From contig PDRJ01000035.1 of assembly GCA_002748065.1 (NCBI GenBank), forward strand, positions 47 through 64,046: a stretch of 64,000 nt of DNA, in the 5' to 3' direction. Positions 1-10,741 of this stretch are shown here, piece after piece. The DNA comes from Bacteroidota bacterium (GTDB lineage Bacteria; Bacteroidota; Bacteroidia; Bacteroidales; BM520). The notes beneath the pieces were generated by a model. It was not told the origin of the DNA. It saw only the letters and a program-made list of their open reading frames with translations, and ran no database searches. Positions within the stretch are counted from its first letter, which is position 1; every line of letters starts with the position of its first letter. The position numbers and the translations under genes were made by a program.

Positions 1-181
1 TCAAAATTTGGACTGCAAAATTAACGATTTTTTTCTGTCCACCAAATTAAACCCGCAAAAAACATCACGAAATTCACATTAGCATTCAAACGTTATCAAA
101 AAACACCCCTAGAGGCTGTATAGCGACCTAATGTTAACACTTTATGCAACCCCAAAAGGGAGAGTTTCCCCTACAAACACG

Positions 182-219
182 AAAAAACCCGTACCCTTTT
201 CATGCGAAGGATACGGGTT
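182..219 (-). terminator. rho-independent terminator downstream of pepD
   Basis: On the minus strand, AACCCGTATCC..GGGTACGGGTT forms a hairpin followed by TTTTTT. Confidence 0.6.
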
Positions 220-287
220 AAATTCACAAGGAGCCGAAAACGATCCGTTTTGTTCCGAAACCTCTTACCTTTTTTCTCGAAGGCTCA

Positions 288-1751
288 TTAGCCCTTTACG
301 GGGACATTTTTCAGCGTGTGCAGGAGAAAATCCCAGAATTTCTCTACTGTCGCAATATTCACCTTCTCATCGGGGCTATGGGGAAAACGGATGGTCGGTC
401 CAAAAGAGATCATATCCCATGCGGGGTAAACAGAACCCAAAAGACCACACTCAAGGCCAGCGTGAATAGCTTTCACTTCCGGCACTTTCCCATACTCCTT
501 ATGGTAAACCTCTTGCATCACCTTGAGGATATCCGAATCGGGATTGGGTTTCCAGCCCGGGTACTCTCCATCGAACGCCACCTTAGCTCCCGCCAGGGTG
601 AAAACACTTCTGATCATCTCGGTAAGGTCTGCTTTTGCCGTGTCTACGGAGCTACGAAGGAGGCAATTCACCACCACCTTATCACCTTCAGTTTTCACGA
701 TGGCCAAGTTGGTAGAGGTCTCCACGGTTCCTGGCATGGAGTCACTCATACGGATCACACCGTTGGGACAACCATACACCCCGAGTACAATTCTTGAGGT
801 TGTATCAGCATCCATCACAAAGGAGGGCATCTCTGCAGGAGCAACCCCCATCTTAAGATTAGGTTCGGTGCGGCTCAATTCGGCCTGGAAGACTGCTTCA
901 TGGTCTGCGACACACTTGGTAAGTGCTTCCACCTTATCTTCGGGCACCAGAATGGTAGCAAAGGCATCGCGAGGGATGGCATTGCGCAAGCTACCGGCTT
1001 CCACATCAGCCACACGAATACCAAAGGCATCAATGGCATGTTTCAGGTAACGGAAAAGGAGCTTATTGGCATTTCCACGTCCCAGGATGATATCCATTCC
1101 ACTGTGGCCTCCTTTAAGGCCTGTCACAGCCAGTTGCAGAGGGCGCATTCCGGCCGGCACCTCTTCACGGGTAAAAGCAAACTCCACGTTGGCATCAATA
1201 CCTCCGGCACAACCCACGTAAAGCTCCCCTTCATCCTCGGAGTCTAAGTTCATCAGAATATCCCCCTTGAGCATCCCCGGCTTCAGGTTAAAGGCCCCGG
1301 TCATTCCCGTCTCTTCATCAATGGTGATCAGCGCCTCTATGGGACCATGCTCCAGGGTATCATCCGTAAGGACAGCCATGGCCGCAGCCACACCAATACC
1401 GTTGTCAGCACCCAAGGTTGTCCCTCTGGCTGTCACCCATTCACCATCCACATAGGCATCAATGGGATCCTTTGTAAAGTCGTGGTCAAGGTCGGTATTC
1501 TTCTGAGGTACCATGTCAATATGTGCCTGCAAGATCACCCCTTTACGATTCTCCATACCGGGGGAGGCCGGTTTGCGGATAATAATATTTCCCACTTCAT
1601 CCACCAGCGTTTCAAACCCCAACTTCTCACCGAAGCCCTTCATAAAAGCAATGGCTTGCTCTTCATGCTTGGAGGGACGTGGAATCTGCGTTAACGTGTA
1701 AAAGTGGTTCCACAACGCCGCAGGTTTAAGTTTTTTAATTTCTTCACTCAT
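288..1751 (-). CDS. pepD: aminoacyl-histidine (Xaa-His) dipeptidase, M20 family
   Basis: The ORF is 487 aa and uninterrupted. The blocks ILQAHIDMVPQKN, GADNGIGVAAAMAV, ITIDEETGMTGA and DSEDEGELYVGCAGG match the PepD layout, and the length is typical. Confidence 0.9.
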   Translation of the reverse strand: MSEEIKKLKPAALWNHFYTLTQIPRPSKHEEQAIAFMKGFGEKLGFETLVDEVGNIIIRKPASPGMENRKGVILQAHIDMVPQKNTDLDHDFTKDPIDAYVDGEWVTARGTTLGADNGIGVAAAMAVLTDDTLEHGPIEALITIDEETGMTGAFNLKPGMLKGDILMNLDSEDEGELYVGCAGGIDANVEFAFTREEVPAGMRPLQLAVTGLKGGHSGMDIILGRGNANKLLFRYLKHAIDAFGIRVADVEAGSLRNAIPRDAFATILVPEDKVEALTKCVADHEAVFQAELSRTEPNLKMGVAPAEMPSFVMDADTTSRIVLGVYGCPNGVIRMSDSMPGTVETSTNLAIVKTEGDKVVVNCLLRSSVDTAKADLTEMIRSVFTLAGAKVAFDGEYPGWKPNPDSDILKVMQEVYHKEYGKVPEVKAIHAGLECGLLGSVYPAWDMISFGPTIRFPHSPDEKVNIATVEKFWDFLLHTLKNVPVKG

Positions 1752-1810
1752 TATTTTGCTATTTTTTATAGTTAATTAATTGTTGATCTTTGTAAGAAAA
1801 TGCCCACAGG

Positions 1811-2935
1811 CTAATACCCCAACATCACCGGCATCACCAGCATCAAGATATCTTCCTGGGTATTTTCGTTATCTCCGGGATAGAGGATTCCCGCACGGTT
1901 GGGGGCTGACATCTCAAGCCGCACCTCATCCGTTTCCAAGTTATTGAGCATCTCTAAGAGAAAGCGGGAGTTAAACCCGATCTCCATATCCTCTCCCTGA
2001 AAAGCACATTGCAGACGCTCTTTGGCTTCATTGTTAAAATCCACATCCTCAGCGGATAGTACCAGCTCCTGGCCGGCAATTTTCAGACGCACCTGATGCG
2101 TCGACTGGTTGGCAAAGATGGAGACACGACGCAATGCCGAGAGGAACGAAATTCGATCCACCACCAACACATTGGGATTATTGGTAGGAATAACGGCATT
2201 ATAATTGGGGTATTTACCGTCGATAAGCCGACAAGCCATATTGTAGTTCAGAAAGGAGAAGAAGGCATTGGAATCCTTATACTCCATGGTCACAGGAAAA
2301 TCTCCCGAAGCAAGGATGTTTTTCAGTTGATTCAGCGGCTTTCGCGGGAGGATAAAAGAGATCGACTCCTCAGCAGAGACATCCTTTCGACCATATTTCA
2401 CCAGCTTATGGGCATCCGTGGCCACAAAAGTAACCCCCTCGGAGGTCAATTCACAAAAAACGCCGGACATTACGGGACGAAGTTCATCGGTTCCGGTAGC
2501 GAAGAGTGTCTTTGAAATGGCACGGGCAATCACATCGGAGTTGAGCGTTACACTTTTGGTCTCCTCCTTATCCGGTTTCTTGGGGAATTCGTCGTGCTCA
2601 TGTCCGGAGAGCTTAAACTTTCCCTCTCCCGCTTCAATCTCGATCCCCAGCGACTGGGGGTCAGCCTTGAAGGTGATAGGAATATCGGAAAAGGTCTTCA
2701 AGGTATCCATCAAGATTTTTGCGGGTACAGCAATGGCGCCAACCTCTTCACTCTTTTCAAGCGGGATGGAAACGGACATGGTGGTCTCTAAGTCAGAAGA
2801 GGTCACCTCAAGATGGTCAGAATGAAGATCAAAAAGAAAATCATCAAGGATCGGCATGGTGTTGTTGGAACTAATCACACCACTTATGGCCTGAAGACTC
2901 TTCAGCAGGGTTGTACTATTTACGATAAACTTCAT
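1811..2935 (-). CDS. dnaN: DNA polymerase III beta sliding clamp
   Basis: The ORF is 374 aa. The N-terminus MKFIVNSTTLLKSLQAISGVISS.NTMPILDDFLF and the C-terminus LMLVMPVML are characteristic of DnaN, and the size fits a three-domain clamp. Confidence 0.92.
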   Translation of the reverse strand: MKFIVNSTTLLKSLQAISGVISSNNTMPILDDFLFDLHSDHLEVTSSDLETTMSVSIPLEKSEEVGAIAVPAKILMDTLKTFSDIPITFKADPQSLGIEIEAGEGKFKLSGHEHDEFPKKPDKEETKSVTLNSDVIARAISKTLFATGTDELRPVMSGVFCELTSEGVTFVATDAHKLVKYGRKDVSAEESISFILPRKPLNQLKNILASGDFPVTMEYKDSNAFFSFLNYNMACRLIDGKYPNYNAVIPTNNPNVLVVDRISFLSALRRVSIFANQSTHQVRLKIAGQELVLSAEDVDFNNEAKERLQCAFQGEDMEIGFNSRFLLEMLNNLETDEVRLEMSAPNRAGILYPGDNENTQEDILMLVMPVMLGY

Positions 2936-3026
2936 ATCTATTTATTTTTCAATTTATTACAAGATAAAAGATGCGGTTTGCATGGTCACAGCACATTTAA
3001 CAACGCTAATGTATAAAATATTCCTG

Positions 3027-6000
3027 TTAATGAGGCGAAGAGGCGGACATCTTTTCGATAAATGCCGCCATTTTGTGGGTCGTAGAGATAATATACTCGT
3101 AAGAGGGCAGGTTTTTCTTTTTTTTCAGCTTCCGCTGTTTTTCTTTCACATTAATCAATGCTTCATTAAACTTCATGTTGGAGCTCAAAGCCTGTAAAAC
3201 ACCCTCTGAATAATGGAAATAATACCATGTATCTTCACTCACCTTCAGGAAGATATTAAACACATCACCGGTTCTTTTACGAGCGATCTCCACATACCCA
3301 TCTACATACTTATTGATTTGTCGCTTCCCCACTTTAGCGAGACCCAAGGGACCATGGGAGACAAAAGCATTCAGGTTCGCATTCCAAGAGAGCTTTAGGT
3401 CGGAGAAGAGAAGGTCAAAATCCAGGGCATCGGGCACCCTGCGCAAAGAACCATAGAGGGCAATATCATTGGCAATCCGCTTATACTCCCTGGGCGCTAC
3501 CATCAAAGCGAGGGCATTAAGAAAAGTGGGGCGAGAAAGACTCACGGGAAGAAGCTCTGTTTCCGCCAGGTCACGTCCAAGCTCGGCAAAAGCATCACCA
3601 TTGAAAAAGAAGCTAAAACCGGTCACCACCTCAAAGCAGGTGGAATCGGGAATAATGTAGTGTGAGACCTTTCCAAAGGAGCTAAACTGAACGCGGGGAA
3701 AAAGCACACCATAATCCATCTCCCCTTGCCCTTCAAGAATGCAACGACGCATGTTAAGATCCAGGTAGTTCCCCCCTTCCGGAAATCCCTTATAGCGCAG
3801 GGTATCTCTAACGGAAAACATGTTGAGAGCAGGATCATAAGTCACCTCTCCCAGGGTGCGGTGAATCAAAAAATCAGTGCTCTTCCTCAACTTACCGAGA
3901 AAGACCGGATAAATTCTATTGTGTATTGTCTCAAAGGCCACTCCCGTATAGACCGAATCTCCCTTTACATCAACCAAGGAATCGTGCGAAGGAATGGTAA
4001 CAGAGGAAGGATCCACGCGCCGATTCAACTTCACCCAGGTATCATCCTCATAACAGTCTTGACGAAGTCGAAACCCTCCGTCAAAATTGAGAAACTCGTG
4101 GTCTCCAGAAAGGGTAATATCCCCCGAGAAATCAACCATCGGACTCACCGGAAAGGGACGATTCTCAGGAATTCTCGTCTTTGCAGAGATCACGCCCAAA
4201 GAATCGATGGAGAGCGTTTCAAACCTTATCTTATGGGGTTTATCGGAAACATCGCGATAGTCATACGAGCCGGTACCACTCATTCGATATTTCCCCTCGA
4301 CGATCACATCCACATCGTAAAGGGCATGGTACTTATGGAGAGAATCCGTAATAATCACGGCATCGGTCAACGGAGAGAGCTCAGCATTAGAATAGATCTT
4401 CACAACCCCGCTACCGGGAAAGATCGCCCCATTTCCCACACGAATCAACTTCACGTCCTTAGCACTAATCAACTTCTCCTTAAGGTCATAATTAGCATTT
4501 AAGCAGAAGAAGCGCAAAGAGTCCTGTTCAGGATGAAGAGAGACAAACTCTGACCCGCTAAAATCCACATCCATAATTTGAGCAAAAGAGAGCGTATCCA
4601 GCCCCTCCATTTTCATGGCAATATTATTGCGAAGCACCACATCATTCTGCTCCATATCCCAATCAAACTCATCCATAAAACAGGCAAACTTATTCACAGG
4701 GAAGGTAACCACCGAGCCCTTACCCTGCGTTCTGAAGAGCCCCGTCCCCGAGGAGAAATCAATGATAGAGCGATAGACATGAGTGGAGAGGGCCAGATCC
4801 TCACTTCCCGGAGCAGCAAGCTCGAAGGTTGTAGAATCGGTGATAAAGCGATCTGCCCGAAAATCAAAGCGCTGAGAACACATCTGAGCTTCTCCAAAGG
4901 CGATATGCCCATCCCCCAAAAGATAGTGAGGCGAATAGGTCAGCATCCCCTTAAGGGAAACGTCCCCCTCATAGAGGCTAAAAGGGTGGTTCTCATGGTT
5001 TCGAATGTACATCTCATCCTTATAAGGTCGCCACAAAATATCTGAACGAGAGATCCGGGTGTCAGGGTATTCAACCTCCTTCACCATCCTGGCAATGGTC
5101 ATGGTATCGATGGTCGTCACCATAGAATCGGGGAAAAAGATAAAATCACCGGAAACCAAATCGGAGGTAAGGTATAGCAAGTGTCCGCTTCCATGCATTC
5201 CCGAATTGTTTAAAAAGAGCGAGTCATAAAACCGCCCCTTGTCTCCATACACAGGATACCCCTCCTCCGGAACAGAGGTTTGAAAACCGAGTGAGCGGTC
5301 TTTCTGTATCTTCAACGACTGTTCAATATCGGGGAAGATACTAGAGCTTTTCAAGCGTCCCTTAAACTCCAGTTCAGAAGCGACAAAGGTATTCAAGCTG
5401 TCAAAGGTAAAAGGATCTACTTTGTAGTAGAAGGTATTCCTCCCATAAGCCCCATTTTGAATATATTGATTATCATAGTAGACAGAGGCACTATCCAAGC
5501 TAGTAAAGATAGGGTAACGCGGATAGTCTTCAAGTCCACTCTTATTGTCGGGCTTATCAATCAGCAAAAAACCCACAAGGTCTTCAATCGCCGTATTAAC
5601 CCTTTTAAGGACAGGATTCCCATACAGATCTTTCTCATCGGTATACACCATAAAGGTCAGAGAGTCAATATGAGTCATATTCAGTCGAAAGGCATCATAT
5701 TCAAAGGAGCAACTATCAGCATAAAAGTCAAATAAGCCCGCTTGTATCTCTCCTCCAAAGGTAAAATCGCCCCCCTTTTTCAGCAAAATCTCTCTTTTTG
5801 CCGGAGAGAGATGCACCCTTTGGGAATCACTCAAGAAGACATGCTCCACTCCCCGAAGTTTCTGGTCAAAGGTGTTCAGGTTCAGTTCACCATGATTCAT
5901 CCCCTTCACACTGGAATTAAAGGAAATAACATCATAATCCCGTTTTTTATTCTTGGCAGCCAAAAAATGGAAAAGCCGATCTTTCACCTCTACAACCTCA

Positions 6001-7532
6001 CTCTCAGCATCATAAAAGAGGAATCCCAAATTAGCAAGATTCATCAATACCGCCTTCACCTGAGCAGGAGGTTTTCGCCAATACTCTGCAATCTCGTAGA
6101 AATAAAAACGATTGGAATGAATTTTCTTTGTATAATCCTCAATCACCACCAGGGGGTGCAGTTCATCCAACATCTGAAGCTTATGAAAGCGATAGTCGGA
6201 GAAATAATTCCACGATTCAAAGCCGGCGACACCATCATTATTGTTGGACTTTACCGGTTGTAGAATCATCTCATCCCCATCAATTTTCCATGACAGCACC
6301 CCGTAAAACATATCCATCTTATGAAACGAGTCGGCAAAGGGGCTTTGAGAGGTTCCGTCGCGCCCCCGAGAGAGACGAATGGTACGCTCCTTATCCCTGT
6401 AAGAGAGGCTCACATTCGGGTGATACACCGAATCGGTATCATGATAAAAAACCACAAAAGCACTTTTAGCGAAAAGGCGATCTTTCTTAATGGCAAACTT
6501 TCCCGACCGAACGATCATAAAGGGCTCCTCTTTACGATAAATGGTCAACACGGCATCCTTATAGTTATTTCCTGAACCCACAATCCGGGCGCCTTCCATG
6601 GTAAATCCTCCCTCATAGTCCATTCCCTCATAGAGTTGAGGAATGGGAATCCGCACATCGTAAGAGGCAAACAGCGGATAGAGGGCCTTGGAAGGAGTCA
6701 CATTGGCCATCACCTTCTCCTGAAGTACTCCCAACAAAGGAAGCGCCCCAAAAAGTGCTTTATGATAGAAGTTCACGCTGTCAAGGGAATAATTCACCGT
6801 GTTAAGATCGAGGGTATAAGACGGCAAAACGGCATAAACGCTATCCTTATGAAAACCGGCCCTCTCCCAGGTGATCACGCCTTTCTCGCCCTGCCAGACC
6901 GCCTCATCGAACAGAAAGGTTCCTTTTGCCCCGTAGATCACCGTACTATCATTATTGGCATACCCCTTAAGGATAGCCTCGTCGTACACAAGATGCAGTT
7001 GGGGGCGGGCCACAAGGGTATAATCCCCTTCAGCATGCCAGTCCGACACCCTATTCTTTGCTAAAGAGTTGTCCAGGAAAAAAGCTTCCCATCGAGCCAA
7101 CACCTTTTCAAATGCCCGCATTTTACGCCTACTCAGGTAGGGTTTCAGGCTCTCCAACCACTGTGTATAATGCGCCATACCTTTCCGTGTATGAAAGCAA
7201 GTGACAGAAGCATGAAGAAAATCCCGAAAATGGGGGATGGGACGCATTCCCACACTGTCCATGGTATTCAGCATCGCCACCGTAAGATCCTTATAATCCT
7301 GTTCGAAGGTGGGAAGATCCCATGTTTCTCCAAAATGAGCTGTCACCTTTCGGATCTCAGACTTCTCCGGAGGATTCCGCCCCTGATAGTCTTCGAAATA
7401 GGTACGTAGTTGCTGAATAAACGTAGCACTATCGGAGGTAAAGGCCGGGAGCTGTTGTTCCTGTGCCCACGAAACATTTATAAAAAAAAAGGTGATCGTT
7501 ACAATCAAAGCAAAGCGCCACATAGCGTTCAT
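3027..7532 (-). CDS. very large (1501 aa) secreted hypothetical protein
   Basis: The ORF is 4.5 kb and uninterrupted. The start is placed at MNAMWRFALIVTITFFFINVSWAQ (signal-peptide-like) rather than the track start at 7565, which would overlap prmA. I recognise no family signature. Confidence 0.75.
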   Translation of the reverse strand: MNAMWRFALIVTITFFFINVSWAQEQQLPAFTSDSATFIQQLRTYFEDYQGRNPPEKSEIRKVTAHFGETWDLPTFEQDYKDLTVAMLNTMDSVGMRPIPHFRDFLHASVTCFHTRKGMAHYTQWLESLKPYLSRRKMRAFEKVLARWEAFFLDNSLAKNRVSDWHAEGDYTLVARPQLHLVYDEAILKGYANNDSTVIYGAKGTFLFDEAVWQGEKGVITWERAGFHKDSVYAVLPSYTLDLNTVNYSLDSVNFYHKALFGALPLLGVLQEKVMANVTPSKALYPLFASYDVRIPIPQLYEGMDYEGGFTMEGARIVGSGNNYKDAVLTIYRKEEPFMIVRSGKFAIKKDRLFAKSAFVVFYHDTDSVYHPNVSLSYRDKERTIRLSRGRDGTSQSPFADSFHKMDMFYGVLSWKIDGDEMILQPVKSNNNDGVAGFESWNYFSDYRFHKLQMLDELHPLVVIEDYTKKIHSNRFYFYEIAEYWRKPPAQVKAVLMNLANLGFLFYDAESEVVEVKDRLFHFLAAKNKKRDYDVISFNSSVKGMNHGELNLNTFDQKLRGVEHVFLSDSQRVHLSPAKREILLKKGGDFTFGGEIQAGLFDFYADSCSFEYDAFRLNMTHIDSLTFMVYTDEKDLYGNPVLKRVNTAIEDLVGFLLIDKPDNKSGLEDYPRYPIFTSLDSASVYYDNQYIQNGAYGRNTFYYKVDPFTFDSLNTFVASELEFKGRLKSSSIFPDIEQSLKIQKDRSLGFQTSVPEEGYPVYGDKGRFYDSLFLNNSGMHGSGHLLYLTSDLVSGDFIFFPDSMVTTIDTMTIARMVKEVEYPDTRISRSDILWRPYKDEMYIRNHENHPFSLYEGDVSLKGMLTYSPHYLLGDGHIAFGEAQMCSQRFDFRADRFITDSTTFELAAPGSEDLALSTHVYRSIIDFSSGTGLFRTQGKGSVVTFPVNKFACFMDEFDWDMEQNDVVLRNNIAMKMEGLDTLSFAQIMDVDFSGSEFVSLHPEQDSLRFFCLNANYDLKEKLISAKDVKLIRVGNGAIFPGSGVVKIYSNAELSPLTDAVIITDSLHKYHALYDVDVIVEGKYRMSGTGSYDYRDVSDKPHKIRFETLSIDSLGVISAKTRIPENRPFPVSPMVDFSGDITLSGDHEFLNFDGGFRLRQDCYEDDTWVKLNRRVDPSSVTIPSHDSLVDVKGDSVYTGVAFETIHNRIYPVFLGKLRKSTDFLIHRTLGEVTYDPALNMFSVRDTLRYKGFPEGGNYLDLNMRRCILEGQGEMDYGVLFPRVQFSSFGKVSHYIIPDSTCFEVVTGFSFFFNGDAFAELGRDLAETELLPVSLSRPTFLNALALMVAPREYKRIANDIALYGSLRRVPDALDFDLLFSDLKLSWNANLNAFVSHGPLGLAKVGKRQINKYVDGYVEIARKRTGDVFNIFLKVSEDTWYYFHYSEGVLQALSSNMKFNEALINVKEKQRKLKKKKNLPSYEYIISTTHKMAAFIEKMSASSPH

Positions 7533-7542
7533 TTTTCTGTTA

Positions 7543-8385
7543 CTATTTTTTAAAGCCTGCCACAACCCAACGATTGGAGGCGCGCGAAGAGAGATAGGTC
7601 AACCCCAAGCGCTCCGCCTCCCCTCTAATCTGCGGTAAATCTTCTTCGTAGAAGCCACTCATCCACAACTCCCCGGAAGGCTCCAACGCCTCCACATAGA
7701 GGGACATATCCTGAAGCAGGATATTTCTATTAATATTGGCCATAATCAGATCCCACGACTTTCCCCGAAGAAGAGAAGCATCTCCAAGAAGTACCGCTTC
7801 AAGGGTTACACCATTCCTTTTGACGTTATCAAGGCTGTTCTGCCAGGCCCATTCGTCGTTATCAATAGCCGTTACACTTACAGCACCCTTCAGCGCTGCA
7901 AGGATAGCAATCACTCCTGTTCCACAGCCCATATCCAATACCGAGAGTCCCGAAACCTTTTTTTCCGACAACACCGCCAACATCTGCCGAGTGGTGTCAT
8001 GGTGAGCCGTACCAAACGACATGCGGGGCTCTATCTCCAGGTCATATTTAAAACGCTCATCCGCCTCATGGAAAGGAGCGCGCACACGCACCTCCTCATC
8101 CACAATCACATCCTCATAGCTCATCTCCCACTCCTCATTCCAATTACGCTCCTCAATAACCTCCGTCTCCCAGGAAACCTGAAATGATTGTTCCAACTGT
8201 TCAAGCACCTCCCGAAAACAGGTGCTATCAAACTCCTCTTCAGGAATATAAGCTTTTAGGAGAGGCGACTCCTCCACAAAACTCTCAAAACCCACATCCG
8301 CCAGCCAAGCGATGGCCACCTCCTTTCCCTCCTCATAAGGGACTATGGCTAATCTACACTCAAGATATCTCATATCATAAAACAA
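7543..8385 (-). CDS. prmA: ribosomal protein L11 methyltransferase
   Basis: The SAM-binding motif VLDMGCGTGVIAILAALKGA and the PrmA-like N-terminal domain (AWLADVGFESFVE) are present. The start could instead be the internal Met at 8373. Confidence 0.88.
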   Translation of the reverse strand: MFYDMRYLECRLAIVPYEEGKEVAIAWLADVGFESFVEESPLLKAYIPEEEFDSTCFREVLEQLEQSFQVSWETEVIEERNWNEEWEMSYEDVIVDEEVRVRAPFHEADERFKYDLEIEPRMSFGTAHHDTTRQMLAVLSEKKVSGLSVLDMGCGTGVIAILAALKGAVSVTAIDNDEWAWQNSLDNVKRNGVTLEAVLLGDASLLRGKSWDLIMANINRNILLQDMSLYVEALEPSGELWMSGFYEEDLPQIRGEAERLGLTYLSSRASNRWVVAGFKK

Positions 8386-8552
8386 CTATGCTCCAAGGAA
8401 AACAGCAATGCACTACACCCAAAGGCATGGAATATCAACAAGAGAGAGACAAAGCGTGGCAGCACTATCCCCGGATTCATCCCCCCACAAAGGGTCACAT
8501 GCACAAGTTTTCTTTCAAGAGACTTGGGTTATTAACACACTTTTTCCCAACC

Positions 8553-9311
8553 TTAATAGCTATGAATAATGGCATTAAAATCTGCCGCTTTAAGCGATGC
8601 ACCACCGATAAGGCCTCCATCCACATCTTTTTTAGCAAAGAGCTCTTTCGCGTTACTTGGCTTACAACTTCCACCGTAAAGAATCGTCGTCTCCTCGGCT
8701 ACTTTCTCGTTGTAAGCCTTCTTGATCATCTCACGAATAAAAGCGTGCATCTCCTGGGCCTGTTCCGGGGTAGCGGTTTCACCGGTACCAATAGCCCACA
8801 CAGGCTCATAAGCCACCACGACATTGGAAAACTCCTCGGGAGAGAGCTTTAAGATAGTCTCTTTAAGCTGTGCCTCAACCACCTTAAAATGGTTCTGCTG
8901 TTTCCGATCTTCAAGCAACTCGCCACAACAGAAGATCGGTTGAAGATGATGCTCCAAGGCTCGCTCCACCTTTTGTTCAAGGATATCGCTGCTCTCATGA
9001 AAATAGGCTCTTCGCTCCGAATGGCCAATAATCACGTAGGTAACGCCCAATTTCTCGAGCATATTCGCAGAAACCTCTCCGGTATAAGCCCCATCCTCAA
9101 AGGCACTCACATTTTGGGCGCCCAACTCGAAACCCGCCTCCTGGGCATAATCGGCAGCCAACTCCATATAAACAAAAGAGGGACAAACCACCACTTCACA
9201 GTGCGTAGGCTCTTTCGCTTCCAGAAGGTCTGCCAACATATCCATCAACTCTTCTGCTTTTTCAAAATCCAGGTTCATCTTCCAATTCCCTGCAACCATC
9301 TTCTTTCTCAT
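8553..9311 (-). CDS. tpiA: triose-phosphate isomerase
   Basis: MRKKMVAGNWKMN, IIGHSERR, YEPVWAIGTG and GGASLK motifs are present. The start is moved to the Met preceding AGNWKMN. Confidence 0.92.
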   Translation of the reverse strand: MRKKMVAGNWKMNLDFEKAEELMDMLADLLEAKEPTHCEVVVCPSFVYMELAADYAQEAGFELGAQNVSAFEDGAYTGEVSANMLEKLGVTYVIIGHSERRAYFHESSDILEQKVERALEHHLQPIFCCGELLEDRKQQNHFKVVEAQLKETILKLSPEEFSNVVVAYEPVWAIGTGETATPEQAQEMHAFIREMIKKAYNEKVAEETTILYGGSCKPSNAKELFAKKDVDGGLIGGASLKAADFNAIIHSY

Positions 9312-9473
9312 AACAAACTTTATATCAAAAAAATTAATAAAACTATACTCTATTTTACAACACCTCCGGGGTTGTGTCTCCTTCGGCACTGTGTCTATTA
9401 ATCACCGTAAATCAAAAAGACACAACACATTGCATCGCTACTAGGCTGCTATTAAATTTTATACCACAAGCAA

Positions 9474-10736
9474 CTAATCATATAGTGTCTTTGCTTGGTG
9501 AAACGAAGGCAATCGACTCCAAGGCCACTTCCCAAGCACCTGGCTATCACGAAGGAGAACCAGTCCCGGGTTGGAACGAACCACGGTTTTCAACTCAATA
9601 TCATCGGCTCGGAAGACCTCGACATCCAGCCCTGTTTTAGCCTTAAAAGAGGCAATCTCCGCCTCATCAGAACCCGTCAAAAGAACAAAACTAACCCCTT
9701 CCTGCTGACAGGAATGGGCAAACTGAAGAACCTGCTCCATCGATTTGGTCTTAAACTTCTCAAGATCCCAGGAAATTAGCAAAAACAGCGGATCAGGGCT
9801 AGCTATATAGGCATCGGTCACCTCATTTCCAGAGGCATCTTCAAAGGCCAGTCCCATTGGAGGATTTGGATCATCAACCCGTTGTTCCACAAAGGCCCAC
9901 TGGCTCATCCACTGCTCATCATCCCAAGGCAAATCCTTGGAGAGATACTCCTTTTTCTCCCCCGTCTCCTTGTTTTGATACACAAGATAGTAGGAGACAG
10001 GCTGGGGATTCTCCGGCAACAAACGATTCCCCACTTTATAGTCCCTAAAATCAATCACCGGAAGGTAATGATAGTTGTAGTACTCAAACCCTAGAAAGAG
10101 CAAGGCAGAGATTACCATCATATTCCACTCGACACGGGGAAAGAAAAACGGTTTGGATTTTCTCATGCCAAACAGCAGCACAAGGATAAAGGCATCGATA
10201 GTCAGGTTTTTATAGAATGTCTGCCAATTGCTAATGATCAGCGCTTCGCCAAAGCAGCCACAATCAGGAACAGTGTTGTACATAGCATCCATGTAGGTTG
10301 CAAAGGTAAACACCAGCATCATCAACGCCGTGAGCACGGTCACCAACTTGGGTTTCAATTTGAAGAGCAATGAAATACCCAACACAAACTCCAAAGCATT
10401 CATCAAAAAGGATTGATAAATAGCAAAGGGCATCACAGACTCCCCAAAACCATAGGCGATATAGTAATCCTCTACCCGATACATCGTACCCAGAGGATCA
10501 ACTCCTTTTACGAAGCCGGAATAGATAAAGAGGAGCCCCAACAAGATCCGGCTGTAAGCAATCATGGCAGGAGGAATCCGTCGCCCCAACACAAAAAGCA
10601 ACAGGTATAACACCCCATAGAAGGCCAAAAAGAACACGTTCATCCCCGGCACAAAATAGATGGCCACAGCAGAACCAGTAAGCAGCAACATCATCAGGCC
10701 TGCGAGAAGGGCAGGCATCTTTTTTTCGCGTTTCAT
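9474..10736 (-). CDS. multi-pass membrane protein (MauE/DoxX-like, CGCFG motif) fused to a C-terminal thioredoxin-fold-like domain without CxxC (BT_3928-like family)
   Basis: The ORF is 420 aa with about 7 hydrophobic helices in the first ~230 aa, including VPDCGCFGEAL. The C-terminal ~150 aa resemble a TlpA-like fold, but the usual CxxC position reads ISWDLEKF. Confidence 0.7.
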   Translation of the reverse strand: MKREKKMPALLAGLMMLLLTGSAVAIYFVPGMNVFFLAFYGVLYLLLFVLGRRIPPAMIAYSRILLGLLFIYSGFVKGVDPLGTMYRVEDYYIAYGFGESVMPFAIYQSFLMNALEFVLGISLLFKLKPKLVTVLTALMMLVFTFATYMDAMYNTVPDCGCFGEALIISNWQTFYKNLTIDAFILVLLFGMRKSKPFFFPRVEWNMMVISALLFLGFEYYNYHYLPVIDFRDYKVGNRLLPENPQPVSYYLVYQNKETGEKKEYLSKDLPWDDEQWMSQWAFVEQRVDDPNPPMGLAFEDASGNEVTDAYIASPDPLFLLISWDLEKFKTKSMEQVLQFAHSCQQEGVSFVLLTGSDEAEIASFKAKTGLDVEVFRADDIELKTVVRSNPGLVLLRDSQVLGKWPWSRLPSFHQAKTLYD

Positions 10737-10741
10737 CCCAT

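Noticed and set aside
111-123. A 13-nt exact match (AGAGGCTGTATAG) to the interior of MITE-like copy C lies near the window start.
   Set aside because: The flanking sequence on both sides does not align with the element, and no TIR is present. It could be a relic, but that cannot be supported from 13 nt.
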